NCBI GenBank assembly: GCA_021848385.1
Contig: JAJZUQ010000007.1
Span: 16,389 to 80,388, forward strand
DNA from: Deltaproteobacteria bacterium
Lineage (GTDB): Bacteria > Desulfobacterota > Desulfuromonadia > Geobacterales > Geobacteraceae
DNA length: 64,000 bases
Direction of reading: 5' to 3'
Each line of letters begins with the position of its first letter. Position 1 is the stretch's first letter. The position numbers and the translations under genes are program-made. This document shows, piece by piece, positions 1-9,194 of the stretch. The notes beneath the pieces were generated by a model. The model did no database searches. It had not been told where the DNA came from and saw only the letters and a program-made list of their open reading frames with translations.

Positions 1-660
1 ACCTTTCTCTTTGCGTTCAGCGCGATCATCGCTACTCTTTTCGACCCTACCGGACGGTTGTACCACGGTCATGCCCGGCTCTGGAGCCGCATCAGCCTCT
101 GGCTGGCGGGTGTGCGGCTGACGGTATCCGGCCAGGAACGAGTCCCGGCCGGTCAGCCGGTCATTTACATGAGCAACCACCAGGGGAATTTCGATATTCA
201 TGCCCTGTTCAGGGCAATTCCCTACCGCTTCTCCTGGATAGCCAAGGAGGAACTGTTCGCCATTCCGGTCTTTGGCCACTCCATGCGCCGGGCAGGCTAC
301 GTTCCCCTCGACCGGAGCGACGGACGCCAGGCACTGAAAAGCATGGAGCGGGCTGCAACCTTGATCCGGGAGGGAAGAAGTGTCGTGATCTTTCCCGAGG
401 GAACGCGGACACCGGACGGCAACCTGCTCCCCTTCAAGAAGGGGGGCTTTCTCCTGGCTGTAAAGGCGGGGGTTCCCGTTGTGCCGGTCTCTATCAGCGG
501 CAGCCGGGAGGTTAATCCTTCCAAGCGGATCGAGCTCTTCCCCGGCACCATTAACGTCCGCTTCGGCGCGCCCATCCCGGTTGCAGCCGGGAGCAGCCGG
601 GGGCGTGAAGAGCTGCTGGAACGGGTCCGGACGGCCATTGCCGCCGGGCTGGAGAGTTGA
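1..660 (+). CDS. plsC: 1-acyl-sn-glycerol-3-phosphate acyltransferase (5' end outside window)
   Basis: NHQGNFD (NHxSxxD-like) and IFPEGTRT acyltransferase motifs; the frame is open from base 1. Confidence 0.9.
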   Translation, partial: TFLFAFSAIIATLFDPTGRLYHGHARLWSRISLWLAGVRLTVSGQERVPAGQPVIYMSNHQGNFDIHALFRAIPYRFSWIAKEELFAIPVFGHSMRRAGYVPLDRSDGRQALKSMERAATLIREGRSVVIFPEGTRTPDGNLLPFKKGGFLLAVKAGVPVVPVSISGSREVNPSKRIELFPGTINVRFGAPIPVAAGSSRGREELLERVRTAIAAGLES

Positions 661-661
661 C

Positions 662-844
662 ATGCTGATGCTGCATTATGCACTGATTGTCGTGGGGCTG
701 GTCGCCATGGGATGGGGTTTCCCCGCTGCCCACCGGCTCCGGCGCCCCCTGGATATTGTAGCGGCAGTTGTGGTGCTGGCAGGGCTTTGCTGTGCACTGC
801 TCGGCGCACTGCTCGTGACTGTCCCCGGGTTCTTCCGGGGTTAG
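662..844 (+). CDS. small hypothetical membrane protein (60 aa, two hydrophobic segments)
   Basis: ATG 1 nt after the plsC stop; MLMLHYALIVVGLVAMGWGF...VVVLAGLCCALLGALLV; tightly packed in the operon. Confidence 0.65.
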   Translation: MLMLHYALIVVGLVAMGWGFPAAHRLRRPLDIVAAVVVLAGLCCALLGALLVTVPGFFRG

Positions 845-851
845 GAATCGT

Positions 852-1265
852 ATGGAAAAAGCCAAAACTATTGCCGTGAACATTGGCGTCACGGCTCTTA
901 TCGCCATAATCCTCATCTGGGGAACTACCTGGTACCGGCAGTGGAGCCAGTTCAACCGGGGGGAGACTGCTCTCTCCCGGGGTGATTACGTTGCCGCCAT
1001 CGCCGGGTACGAGGCTGCTATCCACATGTATACCCCCGGCAGCTCCCTGGTGGAGCGCTCTGCATGGAAGCTCTGGGATATTGGCGAACTGCGTGTGAAG
1101 CAAGGGGACAGGGAACTGGCCCTGGTGGCATACCGTGCCCTGCGCAGCTCGTTCTATGCCACGTGGGGACTCACCTCGCCAGGGAAGGGATGGATCGCCC
1201 GGTGCGACGAAAAGATCGCCAGTCTGCTAAAACTGCAGGTGGAGGCGGGGTCACAGAAGGGCTGA
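852..1265 (+). CDS. hypothetical membrane-anchored protein with TPR-like helical region
   Basis: AGGA RBS; N-terminal TM helix; GETALSRGDYVAAIAGYEAAI resembles a TPR helix pair. Confidence 0.7.
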   Translation: MEKAKTIAVNIGVTALIAIILIWGTTWYRQWSQFNRGETALSRGDYVAAIAGYEAAIHMYTPGSSLVERSAWKLWDIGELRVKQGDRELALVAYRALRSSFYATWGLTSPGKGWIARCDEKIASLLKLQVEAGSQKG

Positions 1266-1339
1266 CTCCGGGGCGATCGGCCTGCTACTGAGCTGATTCA
1301 CCCTTGGCGGGTACATTACAGATTTTCTCAAGGCACTCA

Positions 1340-3016
1340 ATGGAAATGGTCCACAACGACAACCCTGGGCTGCGTATCATCCCCCTCGGCGGGCTGGGGG
1401 AGATCGGGCTCAACATGGCGGTCTTCGAGTACGGTGATGACATCATCGTGGTCGACTGCGGACTCATGTTCCCCGAGCCCAACATGCTCGGCATCGACCT
1501 GGTTATTCCCGACATCGCTTACCTGCGGGAGCGGGCCGACCGGGTGCGGGGGATTTTTCTTACCCATGGCCACGAGGACCACATCGGTGCGCTCCCCTAC
1601 ATTCTTCAGGAACTGAATCCCCCTATCTACGGCACCGCCCTGACCCTCGGCTTCGTCAGGGAAAAGCTCAAGGAGTTCGATCTCGACGAGCGGGTGGACC
1701 TGCGGGTGGTGAAGCCCCGGCAGAAGGTCGACGTCGGGCTCTTCGAGATCGAGTTTATCCGGGTCGCCCACTCCATCGTGGATGGCTGCGCCCTGGCGAT
1801 CCGTACTCCCGAGGGGGTGGTGATCCACACCGGCGACTTCAAGCTCGACCAGACCCCGGTTGACGGGGAGCTGACCGACCTGGCGACCCTGGCCCGCTAC
1901 GGTGAGGAGGGGGTCCTGGCGCTCATGGCCGACTCCACCAACGTGGAACGGGAAGGCTACACCCTCTCCGAAGCCTTGGTGGGAGAGGCGTTTGACGACA
2001 TTTTCCCCAAATGTTCCGGGCGGATCATCGTGGCGGCCTTTTCCAGCAATATCCATCGGGTCCGGCAGGTGATGGTCTCGGCCGCACGATCGGGTCGAAA
2101 GGTGCTTCTGAACGGCCGCTCCATGATCGCCAACGTCCAGATCGCCCGGGAACTGGGGTACCTGGCCGTTCCCGACGATCTCCTCATCGACCTGAAGGAG
2201 CTTCCCCGTCTCCCCAAGGAGCAGATCTGCATGATCACGACCGGTTCCCAGGGGGAGCCGATGAGCGCCCTCACCCGGATTGCCATGGACGACCACAAGC
2301 AGATCAAGCTGGAGGAGGGGGACACGGTGATCCTCTCTTCCCGCTTCATCCCAGGTAACGAGAAGACCATCTCCGACCTGGTCAACCACCTCTACCGGCG
2401 TGGCGCCGAGGTTTACCACGAGAAAGTCTCGGAGGTCCATGTCTCCGGCCATGCCAGCCAGGAAGAGCTGAAGCTGATGCAGAACATCGTCCGTCCCCGC
2501 TACTTCATCCCGGTGCACGGCGAATACCGTCACCTGGTGAAGCACTCCCAACTGGCCCAGAAGGTGGGGGTCCCCCGGGAGCGCTGTCTCCTTGCAGTGA
2601 ACGGCGACGTCATCACCTTTGCCGACGGCAGCGGGGCCATCACCGACAAGGTGGAAACCGGTCGGGTCTTCGTGGACGGGAAGGGGATCGGCGATGTGGG
2701 GGCCGTGGTGCTCAAGGACCGCAAGCACCTCTCCCAGGACGGCATGGTGGTGGTCATTATCGGCATCAACCAGACCAGCGGCGAGATCATCTATGGTCCT
2801 GACATCGTCTCCCGTGGTTTCGTGTTCGAGGACGAGAGCCAGGAGTATCTGGACGAGGCGCGGAAGGTGGTGGAAGACACCCTGGCCCTCACCAACGTAA
2901 CGGTCATGGCCGACTGGGGCGAGGTGCGGCAGGAGGTGCGGCGGGTACTCCGGCGCTTCTTCAACAAGACCATCGAGCGGCGGCCGGTGATACTCCCCTT
3001 GATACTGGAGATGTAA
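1340..3016 (+). CDS. rnj: ribonuclease J
   Basis: IIPLGGLGEIGLN, THGHEDHIG metallo-beta-lactamase motif, HTGDFK, HVSGHAS, PVHGE; ATG at 1340 preferred over the ORF-track start. Confidence 0.95.
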   Translation: MEMVHNDNPGLRIIPLGGLGEIGLNMAVFEYGDDIIVVDCGLMFPEPNMLGIDLVIPDIAYLRERADRVRGIFLTHGHEDHIGALPYILQELNPPIYGTALTLGFVREKLKEFDLDERVDLRVVKPRQKVDVGLFEIEFIRVAHSIVDGCALAIRTPEGVVIHTGDFKLDQTPVDGELTDLATLARYGEEGVLALMADSTNVEREGYTLSEALVGEAFDDIFPKCSGRIIVAAFSSNIHRVRQVMVSAARSGRKVLLNGRSMIANVQIARELGYLAVPDDLLIDLKELPRLPKEQICMITTGSQGEPMSALTRIAMDDHKQIKLEEGDTVILSSRFIPGNEKTISDLVNHLYRRGAEVYHEKVSEVHVSGHASQEELKLMQNIVRPRYFIPVHGEYRHLVKHSQLAQKVGVPRERCLLAVNGDVITFADGSGAITDKVETGRVFVDGKGIGDVGAVVLKDRKHLSQDGMVVVIIGINQTSGEIIYGPDIVSRGFVFEDESQEYLDEARKVVEDTLALTNVTVMADWGEVRQEVRRVLRRFFNKTIERRPVILPLILEM

Positions 3017-3021
3017 ATTAC

Positions 3022-3097
3022 CGTGCTGCGTTCAGCGTGCTGCGAAAATTCATTTGTACGCAGCACGTAGCACGCAGTACGCAGTACGCAGCACGAG
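3022..3097. repeat. inverted heptamer arrays (CGTGCTG units facing CAGYACG units) forming a hairpin
   Basis: left cgtgctg-cgttcag-cgtgctg-cg (3022-3044); right tacgcag-cacgtag-cacgcag-tacgcag-tacgcag-cacgag (3057-3097); AT-rich loop. Confidence 0.9.
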
Positions 3098-3103
3098 ACC
3101 AAC

Positions 3104-5383
3104 ATGGACGAAAAAGCCGACAAAAAGGAAAAACTGAAGAAAGAGATCCAGGGGATGGCACTGGGGGCGGCGGGGCTGTTCGTGCTGATTGCGCTCCTTT
3201 CCTACCGGACCGACGACCTCTCCTTCAACAGTTTCTCCTCCGATGCCCGTGTTCGCAACTTCGGCGGGCGGCTCGGGGCGGAGGTGGCCGACCTGCTCCT
3301 TCAGACCACCGGCCTTGCCGGCTACCTGGTCCCCGCTGCGCTCCTCTTTCTCGCCTACCTCTTCCTCCGCTTCAAGGAGGTGAAGTGGCGCGGTTACAAA
3401 TGGTTCGCCTACGCGGGGCTCCTCGTCTCCCTTTCGTCCCTCTTCGCCTTCAACCTGCAATTTACCACGCTGTTCGGCCAGCAGGTTCAGACGGGTGGGG
3501 CCGTGGGATACCAGACTGCGTTATTTCTCAAGAGTTTCCTCGGCGCGCCGGGAGCGCTGTTGCTGCTCCTCCCCATGCTGGCCGCGTCGATCATGATCCT
3601 TTCCCGCTTCTCCTTCGTCCTGTTTGCCGACTGGTGGTTCGGGGCGCTGGGTGCCAGGTGGGCACGCTTCCGGGAACGGCGGGCGCTCAACCGTGAGTTG
3701 ATGGAAAAGGAGCCCAAGCCCGCTGAAGCCGGATCGCCGGTGATAAAGCCGCTCCCCGTGCATGTGCCGACACCTCCGCCGCTTCTGAAGAAGGAGAAGA
3801 AGAAGGACGACGAGAAGGCCAAGCCTGTCCAGGAGGCGTTCGAGTTCATAAAGAGCGACGGGGCCTATCAGACCCCTCCCCTTTCCCTTCTCGATACGCC
3901 GCCGGCGACAGAAAAGCGGGTCGACAAGGAAGCCCTGACCATGAACGCCCGGCTTCTTGAGAAGAAGCTCAAGGATTTCGGCGTGGACGGTGAGGTGGTA
4001 GAGATCTGCCCCGGGCCGGTCGTCACCATGTACGAATTTGCCCCCGGACCGGGGGTCAAGGTGAGCCGTATCGCCGGACTTGCCGACGACCTCTCCATGG
4101 CCCTGCAGGCGCTCTCCATCCGGATCATCGCCCCCATTCCCGGCAAGGGGGTCGTGGGGATCGAGCTTCCCAACCGGGACCGGGAGATCGTATTCCTGAA
4201 AGAGATATTTTCCAGCGAGGAGTTTCATCGCGGCAAGCTCAAACTCCCCATGGCTCTTGGCAAGGATGTGGCCGGCATACCGCTGGTGACCGACCTGGCC
4301 CGCATGCCCCACCTGCTGGTGGCGGGCGCCACCGGTTCCGGCAAGTCGGTATCCATCAACACCATGATCCTTTCCCTTCTCTATACCGCCACCCCCCGGG
4401 ACGTGCGGATCATCATGGTCGATCCCAAGATGCTGGAACTCTCCATCTACGAGGGGATTCCCCACCTGCTCCTCCCCGTGGTCACCAACCCGAAGAAGGC
4501 CGCCCTTGCGCTCCGGTGGGCGGTCGAGGAGATGGGGCGCCGCTACCGGCTCATGGCCGACAAGAGTGTGCGCAACATCGACTCCTACAACAAGGCGCTG
4601 GAGCGTGAGGAGAAGGAACAGGCTGACAACCGGGCGCGGGAAGCGGTGGTGGTGGAAGAGGTGGAGGACGCTGCCGACAGCGACGAGGCGGCCATCCAGG
4701 CGTTCCTCGATCGTGATGAGGCGCTGGAGCACGGCCACCTTCCCTACATCGTGGTAATCGTGGACGAACTGGCCGACCTGATGATGGTGGCGGGGCGGGA
4801 ACTGGAGGAGTCCATTGCCCGGCTGGCCCAGATGGCCCGGGCTGCCGGCATTCACCTGATCCTGGCGACCCAGCGGCCGTCGGTGGATGTCATTACCGGC
4901 CTCATCAAGGCGAACTTCCCGGCACGCATCTCCTTCCAGGTTTCCAGCAAGACCGATTCCCGCACCATCCTCGACTGCAACGGCGCGGAAGCGCTCCTCG
5001 GGGCCGGCGACATGCTCTTCCTACCCCCCGGCACCGCCAAGCTCATGCGCTCCCACGGCGCCTTCGTTTCCGACGCAGAGGTGCAGCGGGTGGTGGAGTT
5101 CCTGAAAAAGCAGGGGAAACCGGTCTATGACAAGTCTATCCTGGAGATGAAAGCGGGAGCCGAGAGTGGGGGCGCTGCCGAAGAGGAGCTTGACGAACGT
5201 TACGACGATGCGGTGGCGCTGGTGGCCGAGACCCGCCAGGCATCCATCTCCATGATCCAGCGGCGGCTCAGGATCGGGTACAACCGGGCGGCCCGCATCA
5301 TCGAGAAGATGGAGCAGGAAGGGATTGTCGCCCCGAGCGACGGGACGAGCAAGCCGCGTGAAGTGTTCATAAACAAGCTTTGA
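3104..5383 (+). CDS. ftsK: DNA translocase FtsK/SpoIIIE
   Basis: N-terminal TM domain, PHLLVAGATGSGKS Walker A, IVDELADLM Walker B, RLRIGYNRAARII gamma domain. Confidence 0.95.
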   Translation: MDEKADKKEKLKKEIQGMALGAAGLFVLIALLSYRTDDLSFNSFSSDARVRNFGGRLGAEVADLLLQTTGLAGYLVPAALLFLAYLFLRFKEVKWRGYKWFAYAGLLVSLSSLFAFNLQFTTLFGQQVQTGGAVGYQTALFLKSFLGAPGALLLLLPMLAASIMILSRFSFVLFADWWFGALGARWARFRERRALNRELMEKEPKPAEAGSPVIKPLPVHVPTPPPLLKKEKKKDDEKAKPVQEAFEFIKSDGAYQTPPLSLLDTPPATEKRVDKEALTMNARLLEKKLKDFGVDGEVVEICPGPVVTMYEFAPGPGVKVSRIAGLADDLSMALQALSIRIIAPIPGKGVVGIELPNRDREIVFLKEIFSSEEFHRGKLKLPMALGKDVAGIPLVTDLARMPHLLVAGATGSGKSVSINTMILSLLYTATPRDVRIIMVDPKMLELSIYEGIPHLLLPVVTNPKKAALALRWAVEEMGRRYRLMADKSVRNIDSYNKALEREEKEQADNRAREAVVVEEVEDAADSDEAAIQAFLDRDEALEHGHLPYIVVIVDELADLMMVAGRELEESIARLAQMARAAGIHLILATQRPSVDVITGLIKANFPARISFQVSSKTDSRTILDCNGAEALLGAGDMLFLPPGTAKLMRSHGAFVSDAEVQRVVEFLKKQGKPVYDKSILEMKAGAESGGAAEEELDERYDDAVALVAETRQASISMIQRRLRIGYNRAARIIEKMEQEGIVAPSDGTSKPREVFINKL

Positions 5384-5391
5384 AAAATCCT

Positions 5392-5833
5392 ACCACAGAG
5401 GCACAGAGACACTGAGAGAAGCATGAACAGCTATCTGCATGAAAATCTCACCCATAAAATTATTGCATCTGCAATTGAGGTGCATAAATACTTGGGGCCG
5501 GGCCTGCTGGAAACAGTCTATGAAGAGTGTTTCTGTCATGAACTGAGGTTGAATGGTATCCAGTTCGAGCGACAGAAAACTCTTCCCATCTCGTACAAAG
5601 GCTTGCAAAAGGATGACTGTTTTCGCATTGATTTGTTGGTGGAAGATGCGGTTATTATTGAATTGAAGACCGTGGAAAAACTCCTTCCGGTACATGAAGC
5701 GCAGCTTCTTACCTATATGCGATTGTCGCAGACAAAACTCGGATTGTTGGTCAACTTCAATGCAGTACTTCTAAAGGATGGCATAAAGAGGCTCATTCTT
5801 TAGATTTACTCTGTGCCTCTGTGTCTCTGTGGT
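5392..5833 (+). mobile_element. putative element: GxxExxY gene between 25-bp inverted arms of CACAGAGR octamers
   Basis: left arm accacagaggcacagagacactgag (5392-5416) matches the reverse complement of right arm ctctgtgcctctgtgtctctgtggt (5809-5833) at 22/25; interior visibly AT-richer than flanks; mobility is inferred. Confidence 0.6.
5423..5803 (+). CDS. GxxExxY protein (PD-(D/E)xK nuclease-like)
   Basis: LGPGLLETVYEECF contains G-x-x-E-x-x-Y; RIDLLVEDAVIIELK gives the D...ExK catalytic pattern; 126 aa. Confidence 0.9.
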   Translation: MNSYLHENLTHKIIASAIEVHKYLGPGLLETVYEECFCHELRLNGIQFERQKTLPISYKGLQKDDCFRIDLLVEDAVIIELKTVEKLLPVHEAQLLTYMRLSQTKLGLLVNFNAVLLKDGIKRLIL

Positions 5834-5843
5834 GAGGTTTTAT

Positions 5844-6410
5844 ATGAGCGAATGCAGAAAATACAACCTGGCTCACTTTGCCGTTACCATCATCAGCAAG
5901 GACCGCCCCGGCATCGTGGCCGATACCACCGAAGTCCTGTTCCGCCTTGGCTGCAATATCGAGGATTCCAGCTGTACCATGCTGGGGGGGGACTTTGCCA
6001 TGATCCTCATTGTCTCCCACGAAAAGCCGTTCGCCAAGGCCGGCCTGGCCGACGAGTTCAGGCTGCTCCAGGAGCGCACCGGCCTGAAAATCCACGTCCG
6101 CACACTCCAGGGGGATGAAATCTGCCCGGTGAAGGAAGAGGGGGAGCTTTGCCTCATCTCGGTCTACGGCTCGGACCAGCCGGGGATTGTCTACCGGGTA
6201 ACCCGTGCCCTGGCGGACCGTCGGGTAAACATCACCGACCTGAACACCCGGCTGATCGGCACGGTGGAGGAACCGGTCTACGTCCTGATGCTGGAGGCGA
6301 TCCTGCCGGCGGGGATGACCGTGGATGACGCCGGGCGTCTTCTGGATAATCTGAAAAAGGAGTTGAACGTGGAGATAGGGGTCCGCACCATTACCCCTGT
6401 TTCCTTCTGA
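5844..6410 (+). CDS. ACT-domain protein, glycine cleavage system regulator GcvR-like
   Basis: two ACT repeats (SKDRPGIVA; GSDQPGIVY); ATG 5844 follows GGTGAGG. Confidence 0.85.
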   Translation: MSECRKYNLAHFAVTIISKDRPGIVADTTEVLFRLGCNIEDSSCTMLGGDFAMILIVSHEKPFAKAGLADEFRLLQERTGLKIHVRTLQGDEICPVKEEGELCLISVYGSDQPGIVYRVTRALADRRVNITDLNTRLIGTVEEPVYVLMLEAILPAGMTVDDAGRLLDNLKKELNVEIGVRTITPVSF

Positions 6411-6414
6411 GACG

Positions 6415-6921
6415 ATGCCTGCCCAAAGAATACTCATCTACCCGCATCCCGTGCTGAAGAAAATGTGCCGGCCGGTGCCGGCCATCGACGCCGAAATAGG
6501 CACCCTCGTGGAGGATTTGCTGGATACCATGCGGGAAGGACCCGGCTCGGTGGGGGTTGCCGCTCCCCAGATCGGTGTCTCGCTTCGGGTTTGTGTGGTG
6601 GATGTCTCCGCCAGCCGTCTGGGGAAGGATGACAATCACGGCCAGCTGGTCATGGTAAACCCGGAGATCATCACCCGGGAAGGGGCTGCGGTGATGCGGG
6701 AAGGATGCATGAGTATCCCCGATTACACGGGGGAGGTTGAGCGGGCCACCGGGATAACGGTCCGCTTTCTCGATGGAGGAGGCCAGTCCCGTGAGATCGA
6801 GGCGAGCGGCTTCGAGGCGGTGGCGATTCAGCACGAAATGGACCACCTGGACGGTGTCCTCTTTCTCGACCGGATCGTGTCACTCAGGACGGGACTATTC
6901 CGGAGGAAGAACTACCGGTAA
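6415..6921 (+). CDS. def: peptide deformylase
   Basis: GVAAPQIG, EGCMS and QHEMDHLDG motifs. Confidence 0.95.
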   Translation: MPAQRILIYPHPVLKKMCRPVPAIDAEIGTLVEDLLDTMREGPGSVGVAAPQIGVSLRVCVVDVSASRLGKDDNHGQLVMVNPEIITREGAAVMREGCMSIPDYTGEVERATGITVRFLDGGGQSREIEASGFEAVAIQHEMDHLDGVLFLDRIVSLRTGLFRRKNYR

Positions 6922-8117
6922 CCCATCGCCGTCAGCCGCTCGAACTCGCTGCGGGAACGGCTGACGCAATCCTCCACCGCCATCCCCGCAAAGTAGTTGC
7001 CGGTCACCAGCAGGCGCTTGCCGGCTATGAGCCGGTCGATGCCGGTGGTTATCTCCCCGTGACCCACGACGGGAGAGGGAAGCCGGTTTTCCTGAGTTGC
7101 CACATGGCGCAGCGTTTCCCGCTTCACCCCCAGCACTTCGCTGATCCTGCGGAGTTTCCCCTCCTGATCCGCCGTTCCCGCCTTGAAATGGAAGCTGAAC
7201 CCCCGCTGGCTTTCATGAGGGACCGTATCGCGGGAGACGGCAGAGTAGAAGATGTCGTCGACCGCGATGATTCCGGCGAGGGGAGCGATTCGCAGCGCGT
7301 CCTTCTGCACGGCAACTCCCACCGTTTCGATGGTTTCGCACGGAATCCGGGCGAGAAGCGTGGAGAGTTCAGGCGCAAGCCCCTTAAGCAGGCGTGATGC
7401 CTCAGGTGGGGGAGTGGCAAGGGCCAGTGTGGTGGCTTCGAAGGAGGTGCCGTCAGCCGTGGTGAGCCGATACGAAGAACCGTCAAAGGCGATGTCGGTC
7501 ACATCCGTGCCGGTTATGGTCGTGATGCCCGGGTTGCGGGCTATCGTGTCGGTAATTGTCTGGAGCCCGCCCGCCAGGGTGTAGCTCTTCAGGATATCCT
7601 TACGCCGGGGACGCTTTTTGAAGAGCATTTCAGCAGGGACATCGTCGGCCCGTTGGGAGACGACGGCATTGAAAGCAGGGGCAAATACCCGGTCGAAGTT
7701 CTTCTTCCCTACAATGGGGGCATAATAGGAGGCGACGCTTGCTCCCTTCTTCTCCTGGGTGAAAATATGCCAGACCGAAGCGAAGAGTTCCAGGAAGTTG
7801 AGCTGGGAGGGGATGGACTTGATCCCGGAATCGACCAGCAGGCGGAAGGAAACCTTTTCCCGTGCCAGGATCCGGTCAAGGAGAGCGCATTGCTCCATGA
7901 TGTCGATCAGGTTGCCGTAAGAGTTATAGCAGGTGTGGGCCCCCAGTTCGAGCCAGAAACCGGTTGCATCGCCGGTGAAGGAATGGGAGTTGAAGCAGCC
8001 GCCGATCCGTTCGCTCCGTTCGATGACCAGGGCCTTGAGACCGGTCCTCTGGCAGTAATGGGCAAGGCTGAGGCCGCTGATTCCTGCACCGATGACAATG
8101 AGATCGTATCTCTCCAT
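6912..8117 (-). CDS. FAD-dependent oxidoreductase, protoporphyrinogen oxidase-like
   Basis: IGAGISGLS dinucleotide-binding motif, ERIGG, LELGAHT, C-terminal GNYFAG; AAGGAGG RBS before ATG 8117. Confidence 0.75.
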   Translation of the reverse strand: MERYDLIVIGAGISGLSLAHYCQRTGLKALVIERSERIGGCFNSHSFTGDATGFWLELGAHTCYNSYGNLIDIMEQCALLDRILAREKVSFRLLVDSGIKSIPSQLNFLELFASVWHIFTQEKKGASVASYYAPIVGKKNFDRVFAPAFNAVVSQRADDVPAEMLFKKRPRRKDILKSYTLAGGLQTITDTIARNPGITTITGTDVTDIAFDGSSYRLTTADGTSFEATTLALATPPPEASRLLKGLAPELSTLLARIPCETIETVGVAVQKDALRIAPLAGIIAVDDIFYSAVSRDTVPHESQRGFSFHFKAGTADQEGKLRRISEVLGVKRETLRHVATQENRLPSPVVGHGEITTGIDRLIAGKRLLVTGNYFAGMAVEDCVSRSRSEFERLTAMGYR

Positions 8118-8174
8118 GGTGTTCCTCCTTCTGCCTGTGTCGAGCCCGGTCCGTTGTGGCGGACCGGTAGCTGC

Positions 8175-8259
8175 ATAGTAGGCGGCTAGAGATTGCTTGT
8201 CAAGTCGTACCATGCCCGGCTGGGCGATGGTTGACAAGGCGGGGAACTACGATTACATT
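8175..8259. promoter_or_regulatory. divergent sigma70-type promoters
   Basis: minus strand TTGACA (8203-8198)-17 nt-TACTAT (8180-8175); plus strand TTGACA (8231-8236)-17 nt-TACATT (8254-8259). Confidence 0.65.
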
Positions 8260-8291
8260 CAAGACGTGGACTTAACGAAAGGAAGCGAACC

Positions 8292-9188
8292 ATGGCAGCA
8301 GGTGACTACTACGAGATCCTCGGACTGAAGAAGGGTGCGACCCCGGCGGAGATAAAGAAGGCCTACCGGAAGCTGGCGGTGAAGTACCACCCGGACAAGA
8401 ATCCCGGCAACAAAGAGGCCGAGGAGCGTTTCAAGGAGATAAACGAAGCGTACGCGGTTCTGTCCGACACTAAAAAGAAGGAGCAGTACGACCAGTTCGG
8501 TTCCGCCGGCTTTCACCAGCGTTTTTCCCAGGAGGACATTTTCCGGGGGTTCGACGTGGGGGACATCTTCAAGGATGCGGGGTTCGGCACCGATGACATC
8601 TTCTCCCGCATCTTCGGCGGCGGTTTCCAGCAGCGGGGGGGCTTTGGTTACGGCGGGGGCCGCCGGAGCAAAGGTGAGGATTACAGCATGGAGCTGGCGG
8701 TCTCCTTCCGGGAGGCCTTCAGCGGCTGCGAAAAAAGGGTTGCCTTTGCACGGGGCGGGGAGCGCGAAGAGCTGTCGGTAAAGGTTCCGGCCGGTGTCGA
8801 TACGGGGGCGCGGCTGCGTGTCCAGGGGAAAGGCGGGCCAGGGCGCGGCGGCGGACAGGCAGGCGACCTCTATCTCGACATCAAGGTTGCCAGCGACCCC
8901 CAGTTCCACCGGGAGGGGGATGATATCGTGGTGGAGCGGCTCCTCCGCTTTTCAGAGGCGGCCCTCGGGACATCGATGGAGGTCCCTACCCTTGAAGGGA
9001 CCAAACGGATCAAGGTACCGGCGGGAATTCAGCCGGGAACTAAGATTCGTCTGAAAGGGCAGGGTTTCCCCCGGATGGGGAAGGATGTGCGGGGGGACCT
9101 GTTCGTGCGGATCAACATCCAGGTGCCGGAACAGCTGACCGGCACCCAGCGGGAGTTGCTGGAACAGCTGGCAGGAAAGGGGCTGTGA
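8292..9188 (+). CDS. DnaJ-class co-chaperone without zinc finger (CbpA-like)
   Basis: J domain with HPD, G/F-rich linker, DnaJ C-terminal domain, no CxxCxGxG repeats. Confidence 0.9.
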   Translation: MAAGDYYEILGLKKGATPAEIKKAYRKLAVKYHPDKNPGNKEAEERFKEINEAYAVLSDTKKKEQYDQFGSAGFHQRFSQEDIFRGFDVGDIFKDAGFGTDDIFSRIFGGGFQQRGGFGYGGGRRSKGEDYSMELAVSFREAFSGCEKRVAFARGGEREELSVKVPAGVDTGARLRVQGKGGPGRGGGQAGDLYLDIKVASDPQFHREGDDIVVERLLRFSEAALGTSMEVPTLEGTKRIKVPAGIQPGTKIRLKGQGFPRMGKDVRGDLFVRINIQVPEQLTGTQRELLEQLAGKGL

Positions 9189-9194
9189 AGCCCC

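Noticed and set aside
3057-3097. Short tandem repeats as a CRISPR array
   Set aside because: The units are 7 nt with no spacers and there are no cas genes; the same applies to the other periodic repeats.
4590-4735. Acidic insertion in the FtsK motor domain
   Set aside because: There is no intein or repeat signature; this is a variable loop position in FtsK proteins.
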